Under the pieces are notes generated by a model. It searched no databases and was not told the origin of the DNA. It saw only the letters and a list, made by a program, of their open reading frames with translations. Source: Kiritimatiellia bacterium (GTDB lineage Bacteria; Verrucomicrobiota; Kiritimatiellia; CAIKKV01). From it: a DNA stretch of 63,796 bases. The stretch lies in the NCBI GenBank assembly GCA_044346855.1, contig JBIIYJ010000003.1:1-63796 (forward strand), given 5' to 3'. The translations under genes and the position numbers were made by a program. Positions 1-9,834 of this stretch are shown in pieces. Each line of letters begins with the position of its first letter. Position 1 is the first letter of the stretch.

Positions 1-1466
1 CCAGTACCGCCATGGCTTCCCCCCCCATTCCCGGCTATAAACTTGCCGGGTCCATACTGGGCGGCGTACCCCCTGCCGTCCACGTTGATGGCGCCGCCTT
101 TCTGAATGACGAGGTCTCCCATGACTGTTAAATCGATCTTATAGAGTTCGACCCCCTCGTTTTTAGAGTGATCCACGAGACCTCCAGCCGCGATCGTGAG
201 CGGGCAATTCAAGACGAATGGCGCATTGATCCGCAAGATGGCATTGCTCCCCAGCGTCAGGTAGGGTCCGCAGTTGAAGGTCGCATTCGGAAGATAGGCT
301 GCGATGTAGTAGTTCGAGTAGGTGGTAAACGTGGCTGGGACGTTCAGCGTGCCGCCAATCCAGATTCCGTCATTCTGGTTGGTCGGGTCTCCTTTGATGG
401 TCGTCTCGCTGGGCAGCGTGAGCACGTCATTGGTGTCCAGCCCATACATGCCGCCGTTGGTGAGGATGATCTCCGAAAACATGTTCGACGATGCGGCCAG
501 GCCGTTCTGAACCGTTATGCAACCGACCATGTAGGGCATAATGTTGCCATAATCCACGACCAACACCCCTTGGCCGGGCGTATGCCCCGTGTGCTCAAGG
601 TAGACGGTGCCGCCCGCGCCGTTCTTGCCGCCGGTGGGGCATTTTCCCGAATACGCATCCAACTTGATATCGCCATAACTGGTCGAACCGGTCAGGACCA
701 CCGCCACCCGTCCTCCGGCCCCCGGGCTAAAGCTGGCGTTTGTGATCGGAGCGCCGCGCGTGCTGATGCTGCCCGTGCCCGTCAGAAACGCGGTCGTCAG
801 AAACACCGAACCGCCGGATGAACCATAATAAAAGTTGCCCGAGTTGTTATTGCCCGAGGCGGTGATGGTGCCGTGCACCAGCGTGGTGCCACCTACGATT
901 AATTGAACGGCACCGCCCCCGTTTTGCCCTGCATAGTACCCGCCACTACCAAAATTCGTGGGCGACACGATCGATCCGTAGGTCTTTCCGACCTGGTACG
1001 GGTTGACCTGTGTTCCGCCAATTCCTCCGTGCCCGGCTCCGCCCACGCCCGTTGCGGGTCCAGGCCCCTGCTGGTAGGCGTATCCCCGCCCATCCACATT
1101 GATCTGGCCGCCTGCCTCGATCGTCAGGTCGTTGGCGATGCTCAGGACGACCTTGAATTTCTCGCCGACGGCGGTCGTGGTGTTCGACGCATGGGTCAAC
1201 ATGCCGTTGGGTTGAATCGTCAGGCTGGCGATGCTGGTGACGGAGTTTGTGGCGATCATGTTCGTGGTGCCGGTGGCGATGACCACATCGTCTATCGGGG
1301 TGGGGACCTGGGCGGGCGTCCAGGCCGCCGGATTGGTCCACATCCCGGAGCCGACACTGGTGATGGTTGTGGCGCGAGCGCTGCCGGCGCCCAGAGCGAA
1401 CAGCAGGAAGAAGAAGGAAAGGAGTATGGAAGATTGACGAGATAGGCGGTCACAGCCGATTTTCAT
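1..1466 (-). CDS. Exported glycine-rich beta-helix-like repeat protein, N-terminal ~488 aa (C-terminus lies beyond the window start)
   Basis: ATG at 1466-1464 follows a GGAGGGG SD. This minus frame stays open to nt 1 by hand translation; it is missing from the ORF track because it is unterminated. The N-terminus MKIGCDRLSRQSSILLSFFFLLFALGAGSARA looks like a signal peptide. The motif GG(Q/A)INVDGRGYA..GPG....G(A/S)HGG occurs twice. Composition is Gly/Thr/Asn-rich. Confidence 0.6.
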   Translation of the reverse strand, partial: MKIGCDRLSRQSSILLSFFFLLFALGAGSARATTITSVGSGMWTNPAAWTPAQVPTPIDDVVIATGTTNMIATNSVTSIASLTIQPNGMLTHASNTTTAVGEKFKVVLSIANDLTIEAGGQINVDGRGYAYQQGPGPATGVGGAGHGGIGGTQVNPYQVGKTYGSIVSPTNFGSGGYYAGQNGGGAVQLIVGGTTLVHGTITASGNNNSGNFYYGSSGGSVFLTTAFLTGTGSISTRGAPITNASFSPGAGGRVAVVLTGSTSYGDIKLDAYSGKCPTGGKNGAGGTVYLEHTGHTPGQGVLVVDYGNIMPYMVGCITVQNGLAASSNMFSEIILTNGGMYGLDTNDVLTLPSETTIKGDPTNQNDGIWIGGTLNVPATFTTYSNYYIAAYLPNATFNCGPYLTLGSNAILRINAPFVLNCPLTIAAGGLVDHSKNEGVELYKIDLTVMGDLVIQKGGAINVDGRGYAAQYGPGKFIAGNGGGSHGGT

Positions 1467-1666
1467 GGGTTCCCCTCCAGAGTGGCGGCGCGGAATAGTA
1501 AACGGTATTATTGTAATAGTAGCTTTTCTGCCCGCTTACGGTCAAGACAGATCAGAGTAATGTCGGCATGGCGGGTGGCAGGGGCTGTCAGCGGGGCTTG
1601 CACGACGGGAAACGATCGGCTAATGTGCTGCCTTGTTGCGTCAACAGGGCCTGGGAGAGAGTCGGC

Positions 1667-1813
1667 ATGAACGAGCAGATCGCACGGGGGCGCGAGGCGG
1701 CCCTGTCCATCCTGAAACCGTCGGACGACGCCATCCGGCAGATCATCGGCGGGAACGTCCTGCGCGTGGCCCGCGCCGTGCTGCCCGACCTCAGGGCCGG
1801 AGCCCCGTCATGA
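1667..1813 (+). CDS. 48-aa ORF resembling only the C-terminal helix of amidohydrolase-type TIM-barrel hydrolases (gene remnant or small coupled ORF)
   Basis: ATG 1667 follows a GGGAGAGA SD. The segment ...SDDAIRQIIGGNVLRVARAV resembles the ...ILGGNAxRL tail of amidohydrolase-2 proteins. The stop overlaps the next ATG (ATGA 1810-1813). No homology extends upstream in the same frame. Confidence 0.25.
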   Translation: MNEQIARGREAALSILKPSDDAIRQIIGGNVLRVARAVLPDLRAGAPS

Positions 1814-2925
1814 CGGCCATTCCTTCCCTCGCGTACAAGGCGAATTTCGCCGACTGTGTCGCCCGCCACCGCGCCCTGCAGCAGGCCCGGCGGGGCTGTC
1901 TCATCATGACCTCCCTGGACGAGGAGGATCCCTACTGGATCCGGGCGCCGCTTCCGCCTCTGGAGGCCCTGGACTTCGAGCGCGACCCGCTCCTCATGCC
2001 GCGGCGGCTGTGCGACTACGCGGAGACGCGGTTCGCCGCCCGGGCGGACTATCCCGACGACTGGATTCCCTTCCTCTCGCCGCGCTACGGCACGGGCATC
2101 ATCGGCGGCATGCTGCTGGGCGACATGCAGTTCGGGGCCAACACCAGCTGGACGCCCGAGGTGGGAACGACGCTGGACGAGGCGCTGGAGTTTCAGTGGG
2201 GGCGGGAGACGGTGTGGCTCGAGCGCGTGACGGCCGCCCTGAACGAGATGGCCGACCGGATGGCGGGCAAGTGCTACGTTTTCCTGGAAGGGTATCACAC
2301 GCCGCTCGAGTGGGCCTCGATGGTGCGCGGGAGCGAGCTCTACCTGGAGCTGTCGACCGAGCCGGAGAAGGTCCATGCGCTGCTGCGCCGGTCCGACGCC
2401 GCCCTGACGTGGCTGTACGACGCGATCGCCGCGCGGGTGAGGAAGACCGAGTACGGTGCGTTGGCCCACAGCCTCTGGATGGAGCGCTGCGTGCCGTTCC
2501 TGAGCGACGATTCGGCCGGCCTGATGTCGCCGGCCCACTATGCCGAGTTCGGCGTCCCCTACACCGACGCCCTGTGCCGGCGCTACGGCGGCGCCTTCCT
2601 CCATTTCCACACCTGCGCCTACCACCAGATGGACAACCTCAGCGCCATGCCGGCGCTGACGATGTATAACTGGCGGCAGGACCCGAACACCCCCAAGCCC
2701 GAGGACATCCTGCCCGAACTCCTTCCGGGCGCCCAGGCGAAGATCGTGATGATGAGCCTGACCCCGGACCAGATCCGCGAAAAAATCGACGTCCTGTCGC
2801 AGGGGCGGTTCCTCATCTATACGCGCTGCCGGGACCGCCGCGAACAGGAGTCGATCGTGCGCTTCGTCCATGAGAATGCTCCGATTGCCGCAGGACAGGA
2901 TTGCAAAAGCCGCACCTTTCCCTGA
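1810..2925 (+). CDS. URO-D (uroporphyrinogen decarboxylase)-like TIM-barrel family protein, divergent
   Basis: Internal ATG of track ORF 1633..2925; the upstream part is Arg/Pro-rich read-through. SDDSAGLMSPAHYAEFGVPYTDALCRRYGGAFLHFHTCAY follows the layout seen in URO-D/MtaA-like proteins and in the three clearer paralogues of this window. Confidence 0.45.
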   Translation: MTAIPSLAYKANFADCVARHRALQQARRGCLIMTSLDEEDPYWIRAPLPPLEALDFERDPLLMPRRLCDYAETRFAARADYPDDWIPFLSPRYGTGIIGGMLLGDMQFGANTSWTPEVGTTLDEALEFQWGRETVWLERVTAALNEMADRMAGKCYVFLEGYHTPLEWASMVRGSELYLELSTEPEKVHALLRRSDAALTWLYDAIAARVRKTEYGALAHSLWMERCVPFLSDDSAGLMSPAHYAEFGVPYTDALCRRYGGAFLHFHTCAYHQMDNLSAMPALTMYNWRQDPNTPKPEDILPELLPGAQAKIVMMSLTPDQIREKIDVLSQGRFLIYTRCRDRREQESIVRFVHENAPIAAGQDCKSRTFP

Positions 2926-2977
2926 TAATTCGATTTGATCAGCGGCAGAAAAATTTACGGGATGGCGGCGAAATACG

Positions 2978-4135
2978 ATGAACGCATGCAACGAATGGTT
3001 TCTGGCGGGCCGGCAGGTGCCGCTGCCCCGCCACCTGATCATTGAGCTCACCTCCTTCTGCAACCTCCGCTGCCGCATGTGCCCGAAGACGCACCACACG
3101 GTCAACACGGCGGAAAACAACGTGATGAAATGGGAGACGTTCGAGCGGCTGATCCCGCTTCTCCCGTACATCGAATCGCTGGACCTGACGGGCGTCTGGG
3201 GCGAGGCGTTCCTGCATCCCGAGCTCTACATCCGCATGCTGAAGACGATCAAGTCGCTCGGCTCGGACGTCTACACGATCAGCAACGGGACGCTCATCAC
3301 CGACGACCTGGCGAGGCAGCTGGTGGAGCACGACCTCAACAAGCTCACCATCAGCCTGGACGCGGCCACGCCCGAAACCTATTCCATCATCCGGCCCCCC
3401 GGCCGCTTCGAGGACATCCTGAAAGGCCTTGGCTATATCAACGCCTGGAAGAAGAAGCTGGGCAGTCAACAGCCGCGGCTGGACCTGGCCTTCGTGGGGA
3501 TGAAGACCAATATCGGCGAGTTCCCGCGCGTGGTGCAGTTGGCGGGCGAGCTGGGGGCGGAGCAGCTCTGCCTCCAGGCCATGGGCGAGTATCCCGGCCT
3601 GGAAAATGAGTCCGTGGCCGCCCATCACAAGGCGCTGGGCCGCGGCCTCTACGAGGAAGGGCTGCGCGTGGCGAAGGGCAACGGGGTCAAGATCGTGCTC
3701 CAGCCGCCGGACCAGTTTGAAGAGGACCGCAAGGGCTGCAATGATGTGGTGGACAATCGCGGCCGCCGTAAGCAATGCTTCGATCTGTGGAACCGGGCCC
3801 TGGTCTCGGCCACCGGCGATATCCTGCCCTGCTGCGCCTCGCCGGTCTCCATGGGCAACCTGCGGGACTCGACTTTCGCGGAGATCTGGCGCGGCCCAGC
3901 CTACAACGCCTTGCGGAAGCAGTTCCTGAGCGGCGACATACCTGACATGTGCCGGCAGTGCACGGGGACGGCCTGGGTGGACAAGTCCGCCCGGCGAGAC
4001 CTGCAGTTCTTCTTCGGGAGCCTGCTGGTTCCGAGGGTCAAACGCCGGGTGAAGCGCAAGCTTAAGGAATACAAGGCGCTCCGCTGGGTCAAGCGACGCC
4101 TCGACCAGGCTCGCGGCATTTCGCGGCAGGGTTGA
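2978..4135 (+). CDS. Radical SAM protein with C-terminal SPASM-type Cys-rich domain
   Basis: CxxxCxxC motif in IIELTSFCNLRCRMCPK. C-terminal Cys cluster CFDLW...ILPCCASP...MCRQCTG. Basic Lys/Arg-rich tail. Confidence 0.85.
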   Translation: MNACNEWFLAGRQVPLPRHLIIELTSFCNLRCRMCPKTHHTVNTAENNVMKWETFERLIPLLPYIESLDLTGVWGEAFLHPELYIRMLKTIKSLGSDVYTISNGTLITDDLARQLVEHDLNKLTISLDAATPETYSIIRPPGRFEDILKGLGYINAWKKKLGSQQPRLDLAFVGMKTNIGEFPRVVQLAGELGAEQLCLQAMGEYPGLENESVAAHHKALGRGLYEEGLRVAKGNGVKIVLQPPDQFEEDRKGCNDVVDNRGRRKQCFDLWNRALVSATGDILPCCASPVSMGNLRDSTFAEIWRGPAYNALRKQFLSGDIPDMCRQCTGTAWVDKSARRDLQFFFGSLLVPRVKRRVKRKLKEYKALRWVKRRLDQARGISRQG

Positions 4136-4221
4136 ACGCATCTTAGGTGGTATGATATGCAAAAATTAATAATTGGTCATCTTTAGTAGATTGCCCTATT
4201 GTTTTCTGTTACTATAACGGA

Positions 4222-5649
4222 ATGCACATCAGTCTGCCGAAAATTATACAGGGCGGCATGGGCGTGGGCGTCTCTCATTGGCGCCTGGCGCAGGCCGTAT
4301 CAAAGTTGGGACAGCTCGGGGTGGTTTCGGGCACGGCCCTTGATATCGTCCTGGCCCGGCGGCTCCAGGACGGCGACCCGGGCGGGCACGTCCGTCGCGC
4401 CTTGAGCCACTTCTGTTTTCCCAAGATGGCGCAGCGGATTCTGGACGCCCTGTTCGTCCCCGACGGCCGGAAGGACGACGCGCCCTACAAGTCGGTCGGC
4501 ATGCACGCCATCCGCAGCCCCCGCGGGCTTGAAGAGCTGTGCATCGTCTCCAATTTCGTCGAGCTGTTCCTTGCCAGGGAGGGCCATTCCCATCCGGTCG
4601 GGATCAACTACCTGGAAAAGATCCAGTTGCCCCACCTGCCGTCCATCTACGGTGCGATGCTGGCCGGCGCGGCGGTGGTCATCGTGGGCGCCGGCATCGC
4701 CGTCGAAATGCCGGGCGTGCTGGACGCCCTCGCGAACCACCAGCCGGCCACCTATTCCATCCGCGTCCTGGGCGCCCAGGCCGACACGGAAGTCCGCACC
4801 GTCTTCGATCCTTCCGTCTACCTGGAGGAAGGCGTCACCCTCCCCCCCCTCTGCCGGCCCGACTTCCTGCCGATCATCTCCTCCGACGCCCTGGCCACGA
4901 TGTTCCTCCGCAAGGCGACCGGGCGGGTCGACGGCTTCATCGTGGAAACGCCCCAGGCCGGCGGGCACAACGCCCCGCCGCGCGGCGCCCTTCAATTGAC
5001 AGCGGACGGCCAGCCGATCTACGGGCCGCGCGACAAGGTCGATATGGCCGTTCTTCGAAAACTGGGGCTTCCGTTTTGGTTGGGCGGATCGTACGATTCG
5101 CCCGAACAGCTCCAGGCGGCCCTGGACGCGGGCGCGGCGGGCGTGCAGGTCGGAACGGCCTTCGCCCTCTGCGTGGAGTCGGGTCTGCTCCCCGAAACCC
5201 GCCTCGCACTGGTGCGAAAAGCATTGTCCGGAGAGGCCCGGGTCTTCACCGACCCCGTGGCCTCGCCCACCGGTTTCCCGTTCAAGGTTGCCCAGTTGGA
5301 AGGGACTCTTTCCGAGGCGGACGTTTATCTGGACCGCCGGCGGATCTGCGACCTCGGTTATCTGCGCGAGGCCTACCGCCGCGAAGACGGCGCCGTGGGC
5401 TTCCGCTGTCCCGCCGAGCCGGAGGCCAGCTACCTGGCCAAGGGCGGCAAGGAGGCCGATATGGCCGGCCGCAAATGCGTCTGCAACGGCCTGCTGGCGA
5501 ACATCGGCCTGGGCCAGCGCCTGCCCGGCGGAACGAGCGAGCCGCGCCTGCTGACCCTGGGCGACGCCTTCGCCGGCATCGCCCGGTTCTGCACCCCGGA
5601 GCGTCCCGATTTCAGCGCTGCCGACGTCGTCCGCATCCTGCTGGGGTAG
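4222..5649 (+). CDS. Nitronate monooxygenase / 2-nitropropane dioxygenase (NMO, FabK-like) family FMN protein
   Basis: N-terminal PKIIQGGMGVGVS and later GGHNAP and GVQVGTAF motifs are typical of the NMO family. An extended -10 element (TGgTATGAT, 4148-4156) lies upstream. Confidence 0.75.
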   Translation: MHISLPKIIQGGMGVGVSHWRLAQAVSKLGQLGVVSGTALDIVLARRLQDGDPGGHVRRALSHFCFPKMAQRILDALFVPDGRKDDAPYKSVGMHAIRSPRGLEELCIVSNFVELFLAREGHSHPVGINYLEKIQLPHLPSIYGAMLAGAAVVIVGAGIAVEMPGVLDALANHQPATYSIRVLGAQADTEVRTVFDPSVYLEEGVTLPPLCRPDFLPIISSDALATMFLRKATGRVDGFIVETPQAGGHNAPPRGALQLTADGQPIYGPRDKVDMAVLRKLGLPFWLGGSYDSPEQLQAALDAGAAGVQVGTAFALCVESGLLPETRLALVRKALSGEARVFTDPVASPTGFPFKVAQLEGTLSEADVYLDRRRICDLGYLREAYRREDGAVGFRCPAEPEASYLAKGGKEADMAGRKCVCNGLLANIGLGQRLPGGTSEPRLLTLGDAFAGIARFCTPERPDFSAADVVRILLG

Positions 5650-5687
5650 GCCTTTACGGCCGCCTTTCAGAGTGGTAAGGTTGTCCC

Positions 5688-6818
5688 ATGACTCATTCCC
5701 ATGGCCATGATCACTCTTTCATCCAGACGCCCGACGCCCTGCGCGCCCTGGCCGCCCGGCTGTCCGGCGAACCCTGTGTGGTGCTGGACACGGAATTCGT
5801 CTGGGAGCGCACGTTCTATCCGATCCTGGGGCTGGTCCAGCTCGCGCTTGCCGACGGAACCTGCTTCCTGATCGACACGGTCGCCGTGCCCGACCTCTCG
5901 CCCCTTGCCGGGATGCTGGCCGATCCCGCCATCGAGAAGATCCTGCATGACGCGCCCCAGGACCTGATGATCCTGAACCGGGCCGCCGGCGTGCCGGCCC
6001 GCCGCGTGTTCGACACCCGGCTCGCGGCCGGCTTCGCCGGCATGGACGGGCAGACTTCGCTCCAGAACCTGCTGGCCGACCTGCTCGACGTGCACCTGCC
6101 CAAGGGGCACACCCGCACGGACTGGACGGCGCGGCCGCTCTCCCGCCACCAGCTGGAGTATGCCGTCGACGATGTGGTCCACATGCCCCGGGCGGCGGCG
6201 CTGCTGCGCGAAAAGGCCCGGGCCTCGGGCGTGGAGGGCTGGCTGGACGAGGAGCTGGCCGCGCTGTTTGACCAGGCCGTTTACGAGGAGCGGGCCCCGG
6301 AGGAGGCCTACCTGCGCCTCAAGGCCGCCGCGTTCCTGCCGCGGCGCAACCTCGCCGTCCTGCGGGAGCTGGCCGCCTGGCGCGAGCGGACCGCCCGCGA
6401 AGCCGACTTGCCCAGGGGCTTCGTGGCGACCGATCAGGAGTTGATCGCGGTGGCCCGGGCGCTGCCTGAAAACGAGGCCGATTTCATGAAGTGCCGCGAG
6501 CTCGATCCGCGGATGGCCCGCCGCCACGGGGCGCAGCTGCTGGCCGGCGTGCGGCGCGGCCTGGATCTGCCCGAGGCGCAGTGGCCGCAGCCGCCTGTGC
6601 AGCCCGACGAGCGGGCTCTGGGAAAGGCCCGCATCCAGGCGCTCTCGGCCCTGATCCACGCCCGGGCGGAAGCGCGGCGGCTGGATCCCAGGCTGGTAGC
6701 GTCGAAGGCCGATGTGATGCAGCTGCTGGCCGACGGGCCGGCGGCCTCCCCCGAGCGGCACAGGCTGTTACGCGGCTGGCGGGCGGAGCTGCTGGGTGAT
6801 GCCTGGCGGGCGATCTAG
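5688..6818 (+). CDS. rnd: Ribonuclease D (3'-5' exonuclease plus HRDC)
   Basis: DEDDy exonuclease motifs VLDTEF, ILHDAPQDL and YAVDDVVH. The C-terminal region is HRDC-like (LRELAAWRERTAREADLPRGFV). Confidence 0.85.
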   Translation: MTHSHGHDHSFIQTPDALRALAARLSGEPCVVLDTEFVWERTFYPILGLVQLALADGTCFLIDTVAVPDLSPLAGMLADPAIEKILHDAPQDLMILNRAAGVPARRVFDTRLAAGFAGMDGQTSLQNLLADLLDVHLPKGHTRTDWTARPLSRHQLEYAVDDVVHMPRAAALLREKARASGVEGWLDEELAALFDQAVYEERAPEEAYLRLKAAAFLPRRNLAVLRELAAWRERTAREADLPRGFVATDQELIAVARALPENEADFMKCRELDPRMARRHGAQLLAGVRRGLDLPEAQWPQPPVQPDERALGKARIQALSALIHARAEARRLDPRLVASKADVMQLLADGPAASPERHRLLRGWRAELLGDAWRAI

Positions 6819-7198
6819 GTTTTGAGCCGGGGCGCCAGCACGCCGGCGATCGTGTCGAGAAAATGGTTCATGCGGACGGGCTTGGCGATATACTCCGTGC
6901 AGCCGGCGCGGATGGCTTCCTCGCGGTCGCTTTGCAGGGAGTGGGCGGTCACGGCAATGATCGGGATCGAGGCCGTCTGCGGATTGCCCTTCAGCCGGCG
7001 CGTGGCTTCCAGCCCGTCCATTCCCGGCAGGCCGATGTCCATCAGGATCAGGTTCGGCATTTCCCGCTCGATCAGGGGAATGCCTTCCTCGGCATTTTCC
7101 GCCCACAGCACGGAATAGCCCGCCGACTCCAGCATCACGGAAAACAACTTCATGTTGATCGTGTTGTCTTCGATCATCAGGATGGTTGCCGAACCCAT
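6815..7198 (-). CDS. Single-domain response regulator (CheY-like receiver)
   Basis: ILMIEDN, the phospho-acceptor context LILMDIGLPGMDG, and IIAVTAH...KP. No output domain. Confidence 0.9.
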   Translation of the reverse strand: MGSATILMIEDNTINMKLFSVMLESAGYSVLWAENAEEGIPLIEREMPNLILMDIGLPGMDGLEATRRLKGNPQTASIPIIAVTAHSLQSDREEAIRAGCTEYIAKPVRMNHFLDTIAGVLAPRLKT

Positions 7199-7207
7199 GA
7201 TACGCTC

Positions 7208-9718
7208 CTAGGACTCTGGTTGGGCGTTAAGCGGGAGAATGCAAACCAGGCGGCTTCCCTTTCCCGAGCCCGCGCTCTCCGCCCAAACCTGACCGCCGTG
7301 CATGTTGACAAACCGCCGGGTTAAAGCCAAGCCCAATCCCGTGCCGGCCGGTTTTCGGTGGGGGCTGTTTCGGACCTGGAAAAATTCCGAGAAGACGGTT
7401 TCGAGGTGATCCTTGTCGATCCCGATGCCGGAATCCGACACCACGATTTCCACGCAGGGGAACGTGACGGCCGGCTGGCGCTGGGTGATGCGAGGAAGGG
7501 AGTAGGGGGACGGGTAGGCCGGATTCTCCTGGGCGCTTTCGGCGGTTTCCAGCAGCCGGGCGGTGACCAGTATCTGTCCCCCTTCCGGCGTGAACTTGAC
7601 GGCGTTGTCCAGCAGGTTGGCGAGCACCTGCTTCAGCCGGCCCGCATCGGCCTGGAAGGTCAGGTCGCACGCGGACTCCTGGACGATCAGGCGCAGCGAC
7701 AGCCCCTGGTTCTCGCACTTGGAGCCGAAAGGGGCCAGGCACTCGTCCAGCAGCGGGCGCAGGGCTACCGGCCTGGGCTGCAGCACCAGGCTGCCGGTTT
7801 CGACCTTGGAAATCGTCAGGATGTCGTCGATCAGCCCCTGGAGGTGGAGGCCGCTTTCGAGGATGTGGTTCAGGTATTCCGCCTGTTTTGGCGCCAGCGC
7901 CCCGAAGTGGGGCTCCAGCAGCACCTCCGAGAAGCCGATGATGGCGTTGAGCGGCGTGCGCAGTTCGTGGGACATCCCGGCCAGGAAATCGTTCTTCGTG
8001 TGGCTGGCAACCTCGGCCGCGTCGTGCGCGGCCTTGAGCTCGGCGGACATTTTCTCCATCTTGGCCAGCAGTTCGTCGCGATCGCGCTCGAGGGTCAGCC
8101 ACTTTTCCTGCAGCCGGTTTTCCGCGCCGGGCCCGAAGAGCGCCAGGATGCGGACGGGGCGGCCCATTTCATCGCGGATGGCGGTGGCATCCAGCGGCGT
8201 GCTGAGGTCGCGGCCGCTTTTCAGGCGGCTCCGGACCAGGCCGAACGCGTGCCCCGTCTCCCAGAGCTGGCGCAGCAGCGAAGCGGTCTGCTCGGGGCGG
8301 TCGGTGATGGCGGCCAGCGATTGCCCGCGGACGTCCTCCTCGTGGTCGCATTCCCAGGCGCGCAGGAAGGCGGCGTTGGCGAACAGGATGACGCCGTCCG
8401 CGTCCAGCAGGGCCACGGGCTGGTCCAGGGTCCGCAGGATGGCATCCGGGAACAGCCGCTTGTCCTCCAGGCGACCCTGGCCGATCCGGTTGCGCAGCGC
8501 CGTCAGCCCGATCCCGATCGAGCGGGATAGCTGCTGCAGGCCGGCCGTTTCGTCATGCCCGAAGGCGTCCGCCTCGGCGGAAAACAGGTTCAGGATGCCG
8601 AGGGACTGGTTGCCGTCGGTGATCGGAAGACAGGCGGCGGACTCGTAGCCCCGCCGGGCCGCCTGCTCGCGCCAGGGAGCGTGGGCCGGGCTGCTCTGGA
8701 TCTGGCGCAGGATGACGGGTTCGCCCGACCGGATGGCCGCTCCCGCGGGGCCCGCTCCCGCCCCCGCCGCCCAGCTGACGTGCAGGGAGCCCAGGAAGCC
8801 GGGTTCGAAGCCCGACTCCGCGACGGGCCGGATCAGCCGCTCGGGCCCGTGGTCGGTGAGGCCGGCCCAGGCCATGCGATAGCCCCCCTGGGCCACGAGG
8901 AGGCGGCAGATCTCCTCGAACAGCGCCTTTTCCTGCTCGGCCTTGAAAATGACGGGATAGCAGGCGTTCAGCGCTTTGAGCAGCCGGATTGTCTTGTCGG
9001 TCGCCGGCGGCTCCGCCGGGAGAAGCTCCGGCGCGGGCGGCGCCTGTTCCTCTTTGTTTGCTTCCGCCAGGCTTTGCACGGCCTGGGCCAATTCGGATTC
9101 GACCCGGCCCGCGTTGGGAACCACGTTGGCCGGAAGATGGAAGGAATTGCAGTTCAGCTGGCCGCCCAGGATGATCCAGGGATGGCACTTGATCATCTCC
9201 ATGAGCAGGGCGGGGCGCAGCGAGGCCTTGCAGTAGAAGCAGACCATGATGCTCTTGGAGGCGAAGTCCTTCGTGTGAAGCGAGGACTCGAAAGTCAGCA
9301 GCGGCCGGTCGTCCCCGTGCAGGGGAAGAAAGGCGTCCATGACCGACAGCGCGCAAAGGCCGGTAAAGCCCTGGGCCGTGGCCCGGTACAGCGCCGTCTC
9401 GTAGAAGGTCAGCAGCGCCTGCGCATTGGCTCCCTCGTTCCGCCGCGCCGTCGCATCGGGAAACAGGAACGAAAGCTGCCCGCTTTTCTGAAGCCCGGTT
9501 ACATCCCTGTTGTTCCGCTGCAACTCACGGAGCAGGGAATCCTGCCCGGACTCCTCGATCACGCAGAACACCTTTTCGCGCCGATCAAGCGCCTGCTCGA
9601 CCATGGCGACCAGGACTTTCAGCTTGTCCAGTTCGTGGTCATACAGGCAAACGGCATGATCCCCAAATCGCAGAGTTGCGAAGGAGGCGCCGTCGCGTTT
9701 TTCTAGGGCGTTACTCAT
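7208..9718 (-). CDS. Sensor histidine kinase with MEDS-like N-terminal domain, GAF, PAS, HisKA and HATPase_c
   Basis: H-box SHELRTPLNAIIGFSE, N-box LLDNAVKFT, G-boxes DSGIGI and GTGLGLAL. The N-terminus DHAVCLYDHELDKL... is MEDS-like. The central region looks GAF/PAS-like. Confidence 0.85.
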   Translation of the reverse strand: MSNALEKRDGASFATLRFGDHAVCLYDHELDKLKVLVAMVEQALDRREKVFCVIEESGQDSLLRELQRNNRDVTGLQKSGQLSFLFPDATARRNEGANAQALLTFYETALYRATAQGFTGLCALSVMDAFLPLHGDDRPLLTFESSLHTKDFASKSIMVCFYCKASLRPALLMEMIKCHPWIILGGQLNCNSFHLPANVVPNAGRVESELAQAVQSLAEANKEEQAPPAPELLPAEPPATDKTIRLLKALNACYPVIFKAEQEKALFEEICRLLVAQGGYRMAWAGLTDHGPERLIRPVAESGFEPGFLGSLHVSWAAGAGAGPAGAAIRSGEPVILRQIQSSPAHAPWREQAARRGYESAACLPITDGNQSLGILNLFSAEADAFGHDETAGLQQLSRSIGIGLTALRNRIGQGRLEDKRLFPDAILRTLDQPVALLDADGVILFANAAFLRAWECDHEEDVRGQSLAAITDRPEQTASLLRQLWETGHAFGLVRSRLKSGRDLSTPLDATAIRDEMGRPVRILALFGPGAENRLQEKWLTLERDRDELLAKMEKMSAELKAAHDAAEVASHTKNDFLAGMSHELRTPLNAIIGFSEVLLEPHFGALAPKQAEYLNHILESGLHLQGLIDDILTISKVETGSLVLQPRPVALRPLLDECLAPFGSKCENQGLSLRLIVQESACDLTFQADAGRLKQVLANLLDNAVKFTPEGGQILVTARLLETAESAQENPAYPSPYSLPRITQRQPAVTFPCVEIVVSDSGIGIDKDHLETVFSEFFQVRNSPHRKPAGTGLGLALTRRFVNMHGGQVWAESAGSGKGSRLVCILPLNAQPES

Positions 9719-9834
9719 TTTTTAGAAGACAACACAAAACTATCATATAATAAACATCATGGGTGGACAGGTAAAGCCTTATTTCCCCCGATGAGCAGCA
9801 TTGAATAGTTTCATTTTTCACGTAGACTTCTTCC

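Noticed and set aside
1588-3171. A 527-aa minus-strand ORF, with similar long antisense ORFs elsewhere (2939..4162, 5667..6761, 10845..11891, 26452..27561, 35448..37532, 40476..42713, 42737..45424, 60238..61860, 61581..63470).
   Set aside because: These are high-GC shadow ORFs. They are Arg/Pro/Gly/Ala/His-rich with no recognisable motifs. Each lies antisense to an ORF carrying clear family signatures.
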